NCBI GenBank assembly: GCA_973895155.1
Contig: OZ316895.1
Location: 24,185,538 to 24,249,537, forward strand
DNA from: Marsupella aquatica
Taxonomy: Eukaryota > Plantae > Marchantiophyta
Direction of reading: 5' to 3'
Length of the DNA stretch: 64,000 nt
The stretch's first letter is position 1. Each line of letters opens with the position of its first letter. The position numbers and the translations under genes were made by a program. Positions 1-13,487 of the stretch are shown piece by piece. The notes beneath the pieces are model-generated. The model saw nothing but the letters and a program-made list of their open reading frames with translations, was not told where the DNA came from and ran no database searches.

Positions 1-485
1 CGCCCCGGACCCTAAAGCTCCCCCCCCCCGCCCCGGACCCTAAAGCCCCCCCCCCCCTCCCGGCCTGGACCCTAAAGCCCCCCTCCCCGGCCCGGCCCAC
101 CCCCGCCCGACCCGGTCCCTCCTCCCCCCCCCCACCCGGGCCCCCCACCCGGGCCGGGCCTCCTCCCTCCCCCCACCCGGGCCTCCTCCCTCCCCCCCGG
201 GCCTTCCTCCACCCGGGCCGGGCCGGGATGTAAAGCCGGGGCGTAAAGCCGGGGCGTAAAGCCGGGGCGTAAAGCCGGGGCGTGGGCCGGGTGACGAGAG
301 GTAGGGGGGGCCGGGATGAGTCCGGGAAGAGGCCGGGAGGAGTTCGGGCCGGGCCGGGAGAAGTTCGGGCCGAGCCGGGGAATAATGGCGAATATGCGTC
401 AAATGAGAGCATTTCAGGCCGGCAAATGCCGAGTTTACCTGCCGGGCAACTCGGCAAGTTGCCCGTCACATCAAACCGGGCCCTA
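1..485. mobile_element. GC-rich right end of a probable hAT-like/non-autonomous DNA element (left part outside the window)
   Basis: GC-rich sequence switches abruptly to AT-rich at ~486. The terminus reads TAGGGCCCGGTTTGATG on the - strand, with subterminal GCCGAG/GGCAAC quasi-palindromes at ~418-465. No TSD can be checked. Confidence 0.35.
230..281 (+). repeat. 13-bp tandem repeat (GTAAAGCCGGGGC)x4
   Basis: Read directly from the sequence. Confidence 0.9.
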
Positions 486-3400
486 GTGTTCATACGCAAT
501 ACACTATTGGGTGTAGGCTGTACTCCTCTGAATACTTGCGCTTCTAAATACTTGCGCTTTCTGTATGTTCTTTGGACACGATTTACTATACAGTATATAA
601 ACTATCCTATCATATCCTATCCTACTGTCACATAATACTTGCCCACAAAGTGACAGTGAGAATAAATCCAAAGGATACTATGGATTCACTCAAAAGCTGG
701 TTTGTAAACAGACTATCCACTGCTTTGGGCTGGATTGAATACTATAGTGGTTGATGTTTGAGTCATAACAATTAGGCAAGCAGTGACATATCCGTAGTCC
801 ATAGTGCAGAGAATCCTTTCGACTGATACAAGTCACAAATTAACCTAGTCTGATTACTTGTTCCTTGAACATAAACAGATATGAAGAAACCAAAAAATCT
901 TGTAAAAGAAAAGAATCTTATACTATTTCCTGTTGATATTTGTCTCATCCCTGTTTTTCGTCCACCGGACCACCCTCATTTCAATTTTGTCTTTATTTAG
1001 AGTCAATGTCATTTCTTCTTTTTGTCCTTGAAAACCAAAGGCAGGCTGAACAAGAAAGGAATCCTTGTTGAAGTAAGATAGGTCAGCTTAACAAAAAAGG
1101 AATCCTTGTCGGAGTCTTCAAGATTTGTTAGTGCATAGAGATGAGGTCAATTAGAAGGCTTCCATGGAAAAATGGATAGACGGAAGCTTTTAGGTTCTAA
1201 TCCAGCTGTCAGCTAAGTTAAAAAGAAGCTTGATAGGAGAACAGTTGTAGGCAACCTAAGCTTGAATAGACCCACAGATTGTCCCTGTCCATCCCCGTGT
1301 ATTGCATAAAGACTGTGTATTGCATAAAGCCTTCATACACTTACACCAGAAAGAAAGAGAGACTGGCTGGGACCAGTTCCTTGTGGGAAGGACATTTCAG
1401 TTTTGTGAAGTACACCCCATTCAGTATTTTCAGACTATGCAGCCAAAGGTAAACCGATGGTTTACAGATGTCTTGTCCAACTATTTGGACAATTGTTTGT
1501 TCTCTGATTAAATTCCAGCCCATTCTATTATGTCCAATCTATTCCCCACCAAGTTTGAGACTTTCTGAGATTATTTGCTCTATTTCCAATGAGCACAAAG
1601 ATGGTCAACTGTAGTAAATGAACTGAAAATGGACGTTTCACTTGTTTTAAAGCAGGGCCTAAATTGGGGAGGATGCACTGAGTAATTTGGGCATGAGCAA
1701 CCACTTACCATTGGGTAAATTGATTAAATAAACTGCAAACAGTCGAAAGACTCTTCATAGGTCACTTTCAGTTGAAACTTTAAAAATGTGCTATCCATTT
1801 TATTTTTCAACATTCTGCCCAAGGCCATTCTAGCTTTGTCAGACTATCTAGGCTTCACAGCCACCCGCCAGTCCATCCAGGCAGCTTAAATTCTCAAAAT
1901 TGTAGACAGAACATAATATTAGATTCTCTTAATCCAGGGAGACCCCGAGCAAGACAGCTGAGTTAAACAAACTGGACAATTGAACACCACAAGAAGACCT
2001 CAGAAATAAATTTATCAGATGGTTTTCAATACTGATTCTTTTGGGACATTTTGGGGGCTTAAGTTTAATTTGGCTACCTCACTGAATTAAGCATTCTCAA
2101 TGGATTCTCACTGATGGGGTGACTGACAATTGATGGGGTTGTAGTGTAGTACTCTTCATAATAATTCAACAAACACTGTAAATTCCTTTGAGAGAATTGC
2201 TTAAGAATAATTGACTATATTATCTTGCACACGTCGGCAAGGCAAGCCAATAAAATAATTAGCCATCTCTTTTGCAATCAATTGGCAACCTGGACGGATT
2301 TAAAGTATAAGCTGCATTCCTGGCAATTAAAATGCATTAAATATGTGTAAGGTATACAAATTTCGTATGTATATTTGGGGTCTTCTATTTCCTAAACAAA
2401 AATTTGGCTTCAGTGCCAGCACTACTTACATAAGTTTAGGCAATTATTTTGAGCCCAAGAAGAGTCTTGAGAGCCTGATTGATCACATTGTAAACTAAGT
2501 CCGGTGGTGGCACAGATGAAACCTGTGATAAGTAGCCACGTATTCAAACTTGGATGGTTATATAAATTGAAAGGGTGATAACATAAACTCATTCCAACAT
2601 AACAAAACATGTCCCTGCTCGTCAAACACATAAATTTGTAATGAAACCAAGAAGCCCCCATAGCATCTAAGGTTGCCCAGAAGAATCAAAATAGAGTGAA
2701 AGAGGCTACACAGTACAAATGCTCACAGAAAATAGCCTAGCTAGAAAAGAGTAACAATTAATAAACCCATCCTTATACTGATGTTTTCTTTGGAACCTAG
2801 TTTAGTGCAACTTAATTTGAATCAAAACTTTCTAGAAAGTTTTGGAAGTGTACTAGCCTTAAATGTGCAACCTCTTTGCATAAGTTTTTAAACCCAATGC
2901 TCCCTTTGACACTGTAAAGTAGTTCTCAGCAGTGCATGCATCCTAACTCATGACTGTACTTTGGTTAGTTAACCAAGGTCAAATTAGAAAAGCAATCAAA
3001 ACGTCTAAGGAACCCATTTCAGTCCATAGAAACTTTTGCAAGACTTTGATCAAATGAAAAATTTTAGTGCCCAATCTTTTCTCTCGTGGTCTTTTAAACA
3101 AAGATGCATGAGTCATCTGTAGTTAAGGTAGTTTATGTATAGCTTAATCCCGGGTTTAATGTTACTAATGTATGTCTAAAAGTTTGTTGAGATTCTATCA
3201 GAGTTCCCAAAGATTCTATCAGAGTTCCCAAAACCCTCTTGCAAACAGGATTTGGATATCTGATATTTTGTCAGGTATCAAGAGGGATATATTCTAAAAC
3301 ACAAAAAAATAAAAATCTTGTAAATATTAAAGTGGGGTATCTACATATCTGAAACACAAAACTAGATATCTGGTTTCCCCTGTTTCTAAACTGGCCAAGT

Positions 3401-4051
3401 AGAAAGGTTCATTAAAACAAACACAATAATACTTGTCATGTCAACCATCACTTTTGGTCATTTGATGCTTATGGACGTAGAGTTATAGACTCGTGAAAAC
3501 CTTTGCACCTATTTGATACCTTTCCTTTGACAGCGGGAAGATTAAATATCCAACCATACTGACAATAAACATATATATAATACATAATGGAAAGGTATCA
3601 ATTCTATATGAGAAAACAGGATTTACTCCCATTGGTGTACTTTTCTTTCATACAGGGAAAACATATTAAATTTTCACCAGTTTGCTAGGAAACTTGGGTC
3701 TCTAGCTAGCCAGAATACGTGTCATTTTCTCACAAACCCAATTGTTTGGACTGATTTTTGGCTGACTAGCTTGCGGCCATGTGGAGTCCTACAAATGCAC
3801 TACACCCCCAAATTCAGCCAAAAGTAAAGGCATAAAGACCCACAGATGTGATCTCACTAGCACTACTCTTCCTCCCTCGCAAAAATACTATTTGTTTGCA
3901 TCTTACAAACCCTCTGGAATGGGCGTCAACATAGAAAATGTTAGTCAGTTTAATATCTACAAATTTGATATCAAATAGATAGCTAATTCAGTGATGTGAG
4001 CATAGGTTAGATAGGTTTGTATCATATATAGCTTCACTCAACCCATATTGC

Positions 4052-6016
4052 CTAGGTGCTGCTGTCTCTGGTCACGAGAGTAGCCTGAAAGAGAGAGATT
4101 TGCGAGGTGGCCTGGCATGCTGTGTTGTATGAGTAGAGCACACTGATGCTTGAAGGGATGTTAAAAAAAATACATAGACAATTGACTGACATTCAATTGA
4201 CTCGGGTGTGTTTGTGGTATTCAGACTGGCAGCTGAAGTTACTAATACCTTTAGTACAAGATGAGGGTCCAGATTTTCATAGTGAGCTGCAACAGGCATG
4301 GATTCCCTCTCAAAGGTCTCAAATCTTTTCAAAATGGTTGCTGGTGTATCATCCACACGACCACTTGTTTCACCCCTCTTCATCAATCTTTCCTCCATGA
4401 CACTTTTGGGGCATTCCAGAAATAGTACTTTACTGGGCTTGCCGACCTAAACCTTCTTTCCAATTTGGTTAGAGAAATAATTTTGAATAGGGTTACCTCC
4501 TATCCTTTTTAAAGAGGAAGAGAGACAAGAGGGTAAGGAAAACTTACTCCTTTCCAAAAAACAAGCAGGATGAGGTTGTTTGTTTGTGTATTTGACTATT
4601 TATTTCTACTCTTAAAGCGATTACCAAAGTGAACTAAAAACTGATATTTGGAGCCCGGTGTTTTGACTTCCAATTTTCTCTGGTTTAGTGTACTCATCCA
4701 TCCCCTAATTACAAGAATGGACAGATGAATTCAGGAGTTTGGGGCTGGCAACAACCAAAGATTACCTAGTGAATGGTTACGAGATTCTCGTAAACAACTT
4801 TAAGGTTGCCAAATTGAAATAATATACCTTTTCCTCAAAAGCTTTGGCTTGATCTACAGCTCTTGGAAATCCATCAATAAGAAATTTGGTTTTGGCAGAG
4901 CTATTCATTGCATTCTGCAATAAATTGAGTGTGACTTCCAGAGGGACCAATTTCCCCTCCTTCATTAGCTTCTCACAGTTCTGGCCCACTGGTGTTCCCT
5001 TTCTCACTTCCTCTCTTAACAGATCTCCGGCAGATAGATGGAGAAACCCAAAATCCTGGACTATACGCTGACATTGAGTCCCTTTGCCGCAACCTGGACC
5101 TCCTGCACTTCTCCCACTGTTGGCAATAAGAAACTGGTATTGAATTGTGTTTATCAACAAACACCAGAGAATAATCTGTAGTAAAACTTTGGTAAATGAA
5201 TCTTGGAGAATGGAGATGCACATGAAGGAATACAGTGGAACAAACTGTTCAACTTTGTTACACTTTTAGTTGACTTCACATATCTTTACGTGAGTAACTC
5301 AGTGTCTTATTCAATAAAAAGCTTGTTCCCCGACACTTCAAATCTTAGGGACTTTCACTTAACCCACTACAGACATCAGATTTATAGGGAATCCTTAGAC
5401 AATACATTTGCTACAAATGTGCAAAACTAAAAGGGATAAATGTTCAGGTAGACTTATGATAAGGGAAGTGATTTCCTGTTGTCTTGGTATTTAATTTACA
5501 GGAGGTAGTTTAACTCAATATAAAACTGTGCAAAATGCTTCCGCCCAACGTATGAATGGTAGCATTACCAGCAGTGTGCATAGCCATTCTGTAAGAGAAA
5601 GGCCAAACCGCAACCCCAATTTGAGGTGAGAAAGGATCAAGGAATTGTTATGGAAAGTCTTACCTAGAACAAATACTATGGTCCAATCTTTAGAACCGCT
5701 CCTACAAAATTGTGGAAGATTTCAACTTTCAGTTTTGTCAGCTGATGATATTCAATGGGTGCTACTTCTTACAATTTGAGATCCTAAAGCCATCCATTAG
5801 AAGTATTTATTGACAGTGAATGTTTTTCACAGTTCATAATATTCATAAAGTCAGTTTCAATATTTCTCAAAGATTTTGAAAGCTTCTTATGAAGCAAAAG
5901 AAGTCACCATACTTAGACGGATCCCCTCGGTGGATGCGAGGGTGGATGAGATTGGGACAAGCCTTGAATTGGTATAGACCTGAGTTGAGGGTTACCAGAC
6001 TGGGGATGGTAAACAT
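4052..6016 (-). CDS. UMP-CMP kinase / short adenylate kinase family protein, 5 exons (6016-5913, 5701-5664, 5102-4828, 4446-4249, 4084-4052), ~215 aa
   Basis: Spliced translation gives the P-loop [35 protein letters not shown] and a short [20 protein letters not shown]. All introns are GT-AG and phase-consistent (648 nt). The first and last exons are less certain than the core three. Confidence 0.8.
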
Positions 6017-6299
6017 AGCTCTTTAGCAGGATTCAAAACTAGAAAAGGCCAAATTCACCCTAGTACATAATAACTTATAAAACATCATTCATTCAAATAG
6101 TTCAAAGCTAATTTTTTGGGAGGTGAAGAATTCCAAATGATTGTGTCAATCTGGCAAGGATCCACCTTAGCCTAGTTCTTGGATTGCTCATCTTTCCACT
6201 AATAAAATAAATAAATGCACCACACTAAAAAAGTCTCAAATGTGGAGGCAACTCTCAATCATTCTCTAAAGTCTCCATAAGATCCTACAATGAAGCCTC

Positions 6300-8500
6300 T
6301 ATGATAGAAACATCAGCTATATGATCAAAAGGATTCTATCATATCCTTACGGGACAACCTTCACCACTCTTTAAACTTCCTCATTAAGTTGAATGCCACA
6401 TCTGTTTGCCAATCTATCTTCTAATTTGATGCATTCAATGTAGCTCCAGTTTGCTTAGATTGAAATAGCATCATTTGAAATGAGTAATGTTTACTTTTAC
6501 TGGTGAGAACCAAACCTCCCCCTTTTTTGACCAGAATCAAGTTAGAGTTGTGAAGATTTCCTCCAAGCTTAACAGTCATATAACAAGTATTTCAAAGTGG
6601 TCAAACCCTAAACTCCAATAGAAAAGGATTTTGTGGGCACTTTGACTATTAATTTGGATTTTCTGTGTGCCTTCATTGAATACTCATTGGAAGATTGACC
6701 TCCATACTATATGTTACGAGAACAGGGAGTTTTGCAGGTTCTCTATGATGTTGAAATTAACCATTCCCCCAAGCTAAAAAGAATTTGTAGATAGGAGTAA
6801 TGCTTCACAGAATTCAGAGTTGGGGTAGCTGGAGGTGTTTTAAAATTAAGCATTGGTAAAAATAAGAAAATTGTGGTCCATTTTAGTATGATGGTGTTGC
6901 CTGTTTCACTAAATGTCAACTTTATACGCCATCAAACACAAACTACCAATAAATAGACGCCTGTTATAAGAGGCCAAAAGCCTAAGTAGATCAAATGCCT
7001 GCTTTCTCACCATAGGGCATAGAGGTAGGATTCTAGGAGATGGTGACTAATGCTTGTTGGAAACTTATCTCGTGTATGTATTAACTTTTGTGGTCTCTCT
7101 ATCACCTCTCTTTCTTTTTGAGGGGGGTCTTTGGGAAGTTGAAACATTCCTTTGTTTGGGACCATTGGCTTCTTTGCATGAATAACTGTGTTGGGTTGTG
7201 CAACTCTATAGAACCCTCCCTGTGTTATTACAGATGGTAAAAAACGTGTGATATCTTGACGGGCAGCACCGTATTTTAGCACAGGTGCCGCAAGCTCCAC
7301 AGATTGTCGACAACCCATGATTATTGATCAAACTAAATCATTGATAGTGTTAATTCAGCAATGGAAGCCACCTATTTTCTTGAGCTGAAGATGACTTTGA
7401 GTGTAAATTTGAACTTCTTTGTTGGAAAATCTAAGGTAGCTAGATCATTCTGTCAGGACAAGTTTTGACAGCTGCCACATTTGGCAATGTGGCCCACTCC
7501 ACCCATCCCGTTCTCCTCCAGCACGCACCAAGCTACATTATCTAAAGCATTGGGTTAAGTTTCCATCTATTCAGACAAAATCATTGTGATGACAATGCGG
7601 GATGACATGAAAACCTAAAAATAACATTCCCAAATAGGTTTTCCAATTAACCAGGAGTGAGTTTGATCCTGTTGTTTCTGAGGACCTGATGATGGTGTTA
7701 CACAACTTACGACTAAGGAAGGTTGTTTAAAGAGAAATTTTGAGAAAACTTGTGGTGGGCAGGTTGATGAAGAGCAACTTCATAAGTTTGTCTCAGTTGT
7801 CCCTAATGAAACTAAACAAGGTTTGAGTTGGCATTAAATACTAAACATATATCTGAGATAGTGCATTTTTCCAATCACTTTGCCAGTCTTTTTTGTAAGC
7901 TCACCTCAGTTGTACAGATTGGATTGGAATTAAAAGTTCATTGTGGTTATTTTTGTTTCCCAATACTTTGGATTTATCTTGTTTAGGGCTAGAAATGTAT
8001 GAACTTATTCAGCTAAAGAGATTAAGTGTTTGGGACGCACACTTCAGGTACCCTTGTGACCATAGTTCCTGTCCGCTCATACTCCATAATCTCAAGTGAG
8101 AGGAGTCCTTTATCCTGAGACTTTGCCATTTCCCTTTCCTCTATGAGTTGAGAAGAAGGCTTGAAAGAGATTCAAGGTTGTGTTCCATTCAAAATCATTG
8201 ATCCAAATCTATTACATGTTGTAGGTACTTACAGGCTATTGTAAAGTTAAGTAATGTTTTCCATATAGTACTTGAATCCAGGGAGCCAATTGGAGGAAAA
8301 GTACACAGCGCAATATTTGTACATGGTAGGTTCACCATGCTAGAAAAATCTCAGAAGATTTTGCTAGGCATGGTGATGGTACCTAAGCTTTGAAACCAGA
8401 AGTCACATCCAATAGACATGACTTTTCAGTGCAGGCTAAATAAATTATGACCTTTTCACATAGGTTTGATTTTCATTCAAACAGTAATTCTTGGATGAAT
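6300..8500 (-). mobile_element. Highly degenerate L1-type non-LTR retrotransposon (RT) relics
   Basis: Scattered - strand remnants resemble LINE RT motifs: KTYLGM (~7625-7645), VAWCVLEENGMGG (~7495-7535, cf. W..C.PK..GGLG) and a QG-type motif near 8050. There is no intact ORF and the boundaries are approximate. Confidence 0.35.
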
Positions 8501-9255
8501 GAAAAATTGTGAGATACTGGTCGTTCTTGGGAAGGGAATCATGAAAGCATTTTTGTGAAGAGTATGTGGCAGAAAATTTCACGTACTCACTTGAGCTTTT
8601 ATTTGAACTTGCAACATCTTCAGACCAATTGTTTCTAGACAGGAATGTTATTTGCTCAGAACTTCATTGAAACCTTACTGCCATCTGGAGTAACCAATCT
8701 TGCTTAGCTTGCATGTTGGTGAAGGCAAATGTTTCCCCTAACAATTTCATAAGGTAGCCTTAATGCAATTGATAGTTTGGTATGTTGCAACACTAATACC
8801 AATGATCACACTAATATCAATGACAGAAAACACCAAAGAGTGTGTATGATACAAATGTAGTCCTGTAATCAGCCAGGCATCTTTATGCACAGCCGAAAGG
8901 CAACTAACCATTTGGGTAAAACTGGGTTTTGCTGAAACATTCGAGAATGTGCTTTTACTACCTACCCCCCACACTGACTCTAAATATTAACCTGCACCCC
9001 CCCCCCCCACCATTTAATTATCAATCTGATCATCTCCTAGGGCAATTTCTGCCATTGGTCTGCTGCCCGACCATGGTGATCAGCTTAGAGTGCTAGTTGG
9101 CCAGGCCCTGCAGGCAATGTCCCCATCACAACTACACAATGCTCCCCAATTTGTGACTTGTTGCGGTTCTCACCTTCCCCAGTATGGATATCCTCTCCCC
9201 CTTCATGATTATGACTCTCCTACCTTGTAGCTACATTTTCCCCTCCCCCCAGCCC

Positions 9256-9256
<1 letters not shown>

Positions 9257-9317
<61 letters not shown>
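9257..9317. repeat. Compound microsatellite (TA)n(CA)n
   Basis: Read directly from the sequence. Confidence 0.95.
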
Positions 9318-9319
<2 letters not shown>

Positions 9320-10774
9320 CCCCCTTGCCAATTTTGGATGCAAAGCTGGTAGCAATGTTCTGCTGCTGAAGCTTCCCACCCTGCAAGTTAGGCCTACATT
9401 CCTGCTTGTGGCCTAAAATTGGTGGGTTGATCTTCCACCTGCTCCATTGCCAGAGGGACTAACTCCCTCCCAAATCCTCTCACCTGTCTTTTCCACTCAT
9501 CTGTCTTTTCCTGCTGTAGAATTCGAGGGATGTCAAAAAGTGTTCCCCTTGTACTACGTACTCTCATTTTGACCACCACTATCCACCAGATTTGGGGAAG
9601 ACAGAATAGTGCAAGATTTTCTCTTCTTAAGTAACCTGGATTTGCTTTGGGACAGTGGTGGTTTGAGCCAAATGTAGAATGGGGCAACCTTAAGACTTAA
9701 GAGTGCCTCCTGAAGTGTCAGTCCCAGGGTTGGTTCTGTACCCCCCCCCCGCCGTGGGTCAAAGAACAGGTCATTGATATACTGTAGTTCTTGTTGGCGA
9801 GTGGATTATTTATTAGTGTGAGCTTTTTTTGTAATTGCAAAATTTTGCTAGATTCCACCCCTCCAAAAAGTTTCTGGCAAAATTCCTAGGTTTTCTGTCT
9901 CCTGTTAGCTAGTTTCCCACCTCGCCACATACCCCAATAGTCAGAAAATAATGTAATAAGTTCACATAAGGAATATTCTATGGGATATTCTAGCATCTCT
10001 CCTTGCAGATGGTGATATTTGCCAAACTGGAAAAAAAAAGCTTTACATCCTCACAAAGCTTTAATAATATCAATTTCATTTCAATCCAGAATACAAGTTA
10101 TGTTTCTGTAACCCTTTCCAAAGGTATTTGCTATTTCCAAGGCTATTTACATAAAAATCTCTTACCCGGAAATCCCTGATCAGTAACCTTTTTCCGAACA
10201 GCAATTACGTAATACAGAGGAGGGCTGGGTGGGGGTTCTAGCCTGAACCGTGCTTCCCTAATGCTGGGAAAATTAAAGCTTCCCGGCTGCTGCCAATTAG
10301 CTTTTACTCACTTCCTGATGATAGGGTTACAAGGTAGTAACCCCAACCCAGATCCCTATTATCCTATTCTCAATGCTCAATTTTTCCTTTGTATCTTTCA
10401 GTGCAATCTTGGAGAAGAATGCCTGGTCAAGTTTTGGATCAACTCTTTTAGTAAAATTCTCCTCTAAGTTTACTAAATTTAGTAAAGATGAGGTACTAAA
10501 GTCTAGTTTCCAGAGCATTATGGACAATACTAGCCCCTCAAAGCTTTTGTTTTATGGGGCTGTACCTCACAATGCCTGTAAAGAGGACATTACCCCTACC
10601 TGTCAGGCAGACTTCCTCTTGACCCTTAGTTATTCTAAATTGACCCACAACTTGAATTTGGTATGGAATAGGTGTGCAACCATTTTTGGCCCCTGCTAAT
10701 TACATAATGGAATGATTCACACCAACTTACTTTACATAGTTGTGCTCTACATAACTACCATTTTTTGTTATTAA

Positions 10775-11221
10775 AAGTTATAATAAGATCTTGCGCCAGT
10801 TTTACTCCTGGTCGTCATTCAAGTTTGCAGTGTCAAAAAATAGTTAATCCTATCAAAGAGAGCCTTTAAATTTAGTGTGCACCAAAAAGAGAATCAAGTG
10901 ATTTCTAAACAAGAGGAGAATCAAATGGACTAAAACAGAAGAGGGAGCAAATGCAGGATTAAGGATTATCCTGCTCCATATCCAAGAAGTACAAGAGTCC
11001 ATTTACTTATTGACATCTTTTTACGTAACGACATCTTTTCCGTCACGGCATCTTTGCACTTGATAACGTCTTTGACATAACGACATCTTTTTAAGTAACA
11101 ACATTGTTTTATTTTCCCAACATCTTTGACATAACAACATCTTTGGTGCCATGGCATATTTTTATTTAACGATATCTTTTATGGAACAACATCTTTTGTG
11201 CAACGTATGGTATTGAGCTGT
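10775..11221 (+). mobile_element. Non-autonomous Helitron-like element, copy 1 (degenerate 3' end)
   Basis: The 5' part is homologous to the reverse complement of 12300-12470. It has an internal ACATCTTT-type array and the 3' end TGTGCAACGTATGG-tattgag-CTGT. Confidence 0.5.
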
Positions 11222-11541
11222 TCCTATAGATAGCAGGTCACGCTAAGTGGGGTCCAACATAGGTGAAATGGAATGATTAACACCAGCTTACTATACATAG
11301 CTGGTGTGATTGGCATAACTACACCATGTTTCAATTACAATTTTTAATTATTTGCCACTAAAGATGTTCAAATTAATAATATTCCCATCTTTTTTTGTAT
11401 TTACAAGTATGTCATGATTTTGGAACAGGATGACAAGTTAAACAACCAAGGTGGAAATATGTAAAAGTGTGACATATTTATAAATACAATAGAAGTGTGA
11501 CATATGTGTAAATACAATAAAAACAATGACACTATTTTAAA

Positions 11542-12474
11542 CTAGCTCAACACCCATGCGTTGCACAAAGATGCCGTGATGCCCAAGATGTCCTTATGTG
11601 AAGATGTCATGATGTAAAAAGATGCCATTAAAAAAAAGAAGTTGTGACGCCCAAGATGTAGTTATGTGAAACATGTCGTGAAGTGAAAAGGTGTTGTGAA
11701 CAAAAAAAATACATTATGTGAAAAATGTTGTCAAGTAAAAAACTTGTCGTTAAAAAATAAGTTGTTTCACCAAAGATGTCATTCTATGAGAGACACTGTC
11801 AAGTAAAAAGATGATGTCAAATAAACATATGTAGTTAAGAAAAAAGAAATAGTTTTGTCAAAGATGTGATTATGTGAAAGATGTCATCAAGTAAAATGAT
11901 GATGTGACGCCAAAAGGGTTGTTATGTGAAACATACTGTGAAATAAAAAGATTTTTTGAAATAAAAATGTGCCCCTTGCCCGATACCTTGTCATCAACAC
12001 TAGTGCCATCATCTTTACTATGTCTTTGGGCTTTATATTTTTGTTTTTTTGGCAGTGAAAATGACACCAAAATTGAATATAGAAAATCACCCCAAATATT
12101 GGAATAATAGTTCTTATTGTGATCAGTGTATGCAGTCCCCTTATTGACTAAAATAGTATGCATAGTTTAACTCCTCCAAATATTACACCCTATTGATTAT
12201 TATTCGAATATGTACACCCTATTGAGTGTGTAGAATACTTCCTTAATCAATGATCATGAGGGAAGATCTTCATTGATCCTGGTGCATTGTGTGAACATAG
12301 TACCTTGGTTTTTGTTTATGTCATTTGATTCTCTTGGTAATAATGGCCTGATTCTTTTCTTTTCACACTAAATTAAATTCACTTTTTGTATTATTTTTTC
12401 TCTCTCACAATATTTCTCATTTTTTGTGCCCTTGACGACCACTTCAAAAAATGGCGCAACCCTTTATTATAGGA
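11542..12474 (-). mobile_element. Non-autonomous Helitron-like element, copy 2
   Basis: The - strand 3' end TGTGCAACGCATGGG-tgttgag-CTAG|T is the classic Helitron hairpin plus CTAG. There is an AAAGATGT-type array at 11570-11960 and the 5' end reads TCCTATAATAAAG. Confidence 0.6.
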
Positions 12475-12477
12475 GTT

Positions 12478-13200
12478 AATTAGTTCGTGGACCCCCATCT
12501 ATTTTGATTGAGTAATGTTCCGCAATTTTGAGTAATTTGCTTGTGTTTGATGAAATGAGGCAATGAGTCCTACTCGTAGTCTCTGGGTGTGTTAGTTTTT
12601 AGTTTTTCCCGAGATAATATTGACGATGTAGGTGAGATGTAGGTGATTATTGCGCTGAAGCGGGCCTTTGTCAATCGGATCGCATACTTAGCGGCATAGA
12701 ATCTTGTCCACTTCTTCCTTCTTCTTAAAAAGCTAGTGGTAGCAGAAGGTTGAGAAAATTATCACGACACGGACACCATCTCTGTTCTCCTTTCTTTTCT
12801 GTTCTTGAAGAACGACCGGTCCAGACAATTTTCAAGTTACAGAGGCGCTCTATCCCGTCATTGATTACTTTGTCACCAATGCTCAAGTTGCGGAGCTTGC
12901 GGAGAGAGATTTACTTACTCAATTGAACCACAATTCAGAATGAGGGTGGGCAGTCGGTTACTCAGGGTAAAGAAAGCGGTTATTTTTGAAATATTTTTAC
13001 ATCAAGGTTTACGGCATGACATCCTCAATTTTACCAAAATCTTGTCACAAACACGAATGTTGAAGTAATTTTATTTTGGAAATCAATCAGTATCTATTTG
13101 CAGTGCATGATGATGAAGTGGCCCATGTAGAGTCTTCAATTTTGGAAAGGACCTCTAGTGGGGTCAATAATTAGAAACATTTTTTAGTATGCGAATTCTC
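12478..13200 (-). mobile_element. Non-autonomous MULE-like element, copy A
   Basis: AATTAGTTCGTGGACCCC (12478-12495) is the reverse complement of 17354-17371. 13138-13165 is the reverse complement of 16539-16566 (27/28), and homology extends ~150 bp inward. Confidence 0.5.
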
Positions 13201-13487
13201 AACTCTTAGAATAAACTGTCAGGTGCACTCACGACCTCACCGAATGCACTCAGCTCCAGCTCTGTTCCCGAAATGTGGCTGGCAGGAGAGAATGAGCACC
13301 TCTCCATACCCCCTCCAGGCTGTTTGAAATCTCCTCAGGGATAGAAGTGGACCACATGAGAGAGAGCGAGGACTGGTGAAGAACCTCGAGAACACCCATG
13401 TGATCAAAACACCCATGTGATCAAAACACCTTTGCGGCTGTTGCTTTGTGTGGGCTGGAGCTCCAGTAGAATCGCAGAAGCAGAATA

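Noticed and set aside
7-78. Telomere array (CCCTAAA)
   Set aside because: Only three dispersed motifs, not tandem.
40-635. Pro/Gly/Arg-rich ORFs
   Set aside because: By-products of GC-rich low-complexity repeats, with no domain.
3190-3231. 21-bp tandem duplication (and a 17-bp one at 13392-13430)
   Set aside because: Ordinary slippage duplications.
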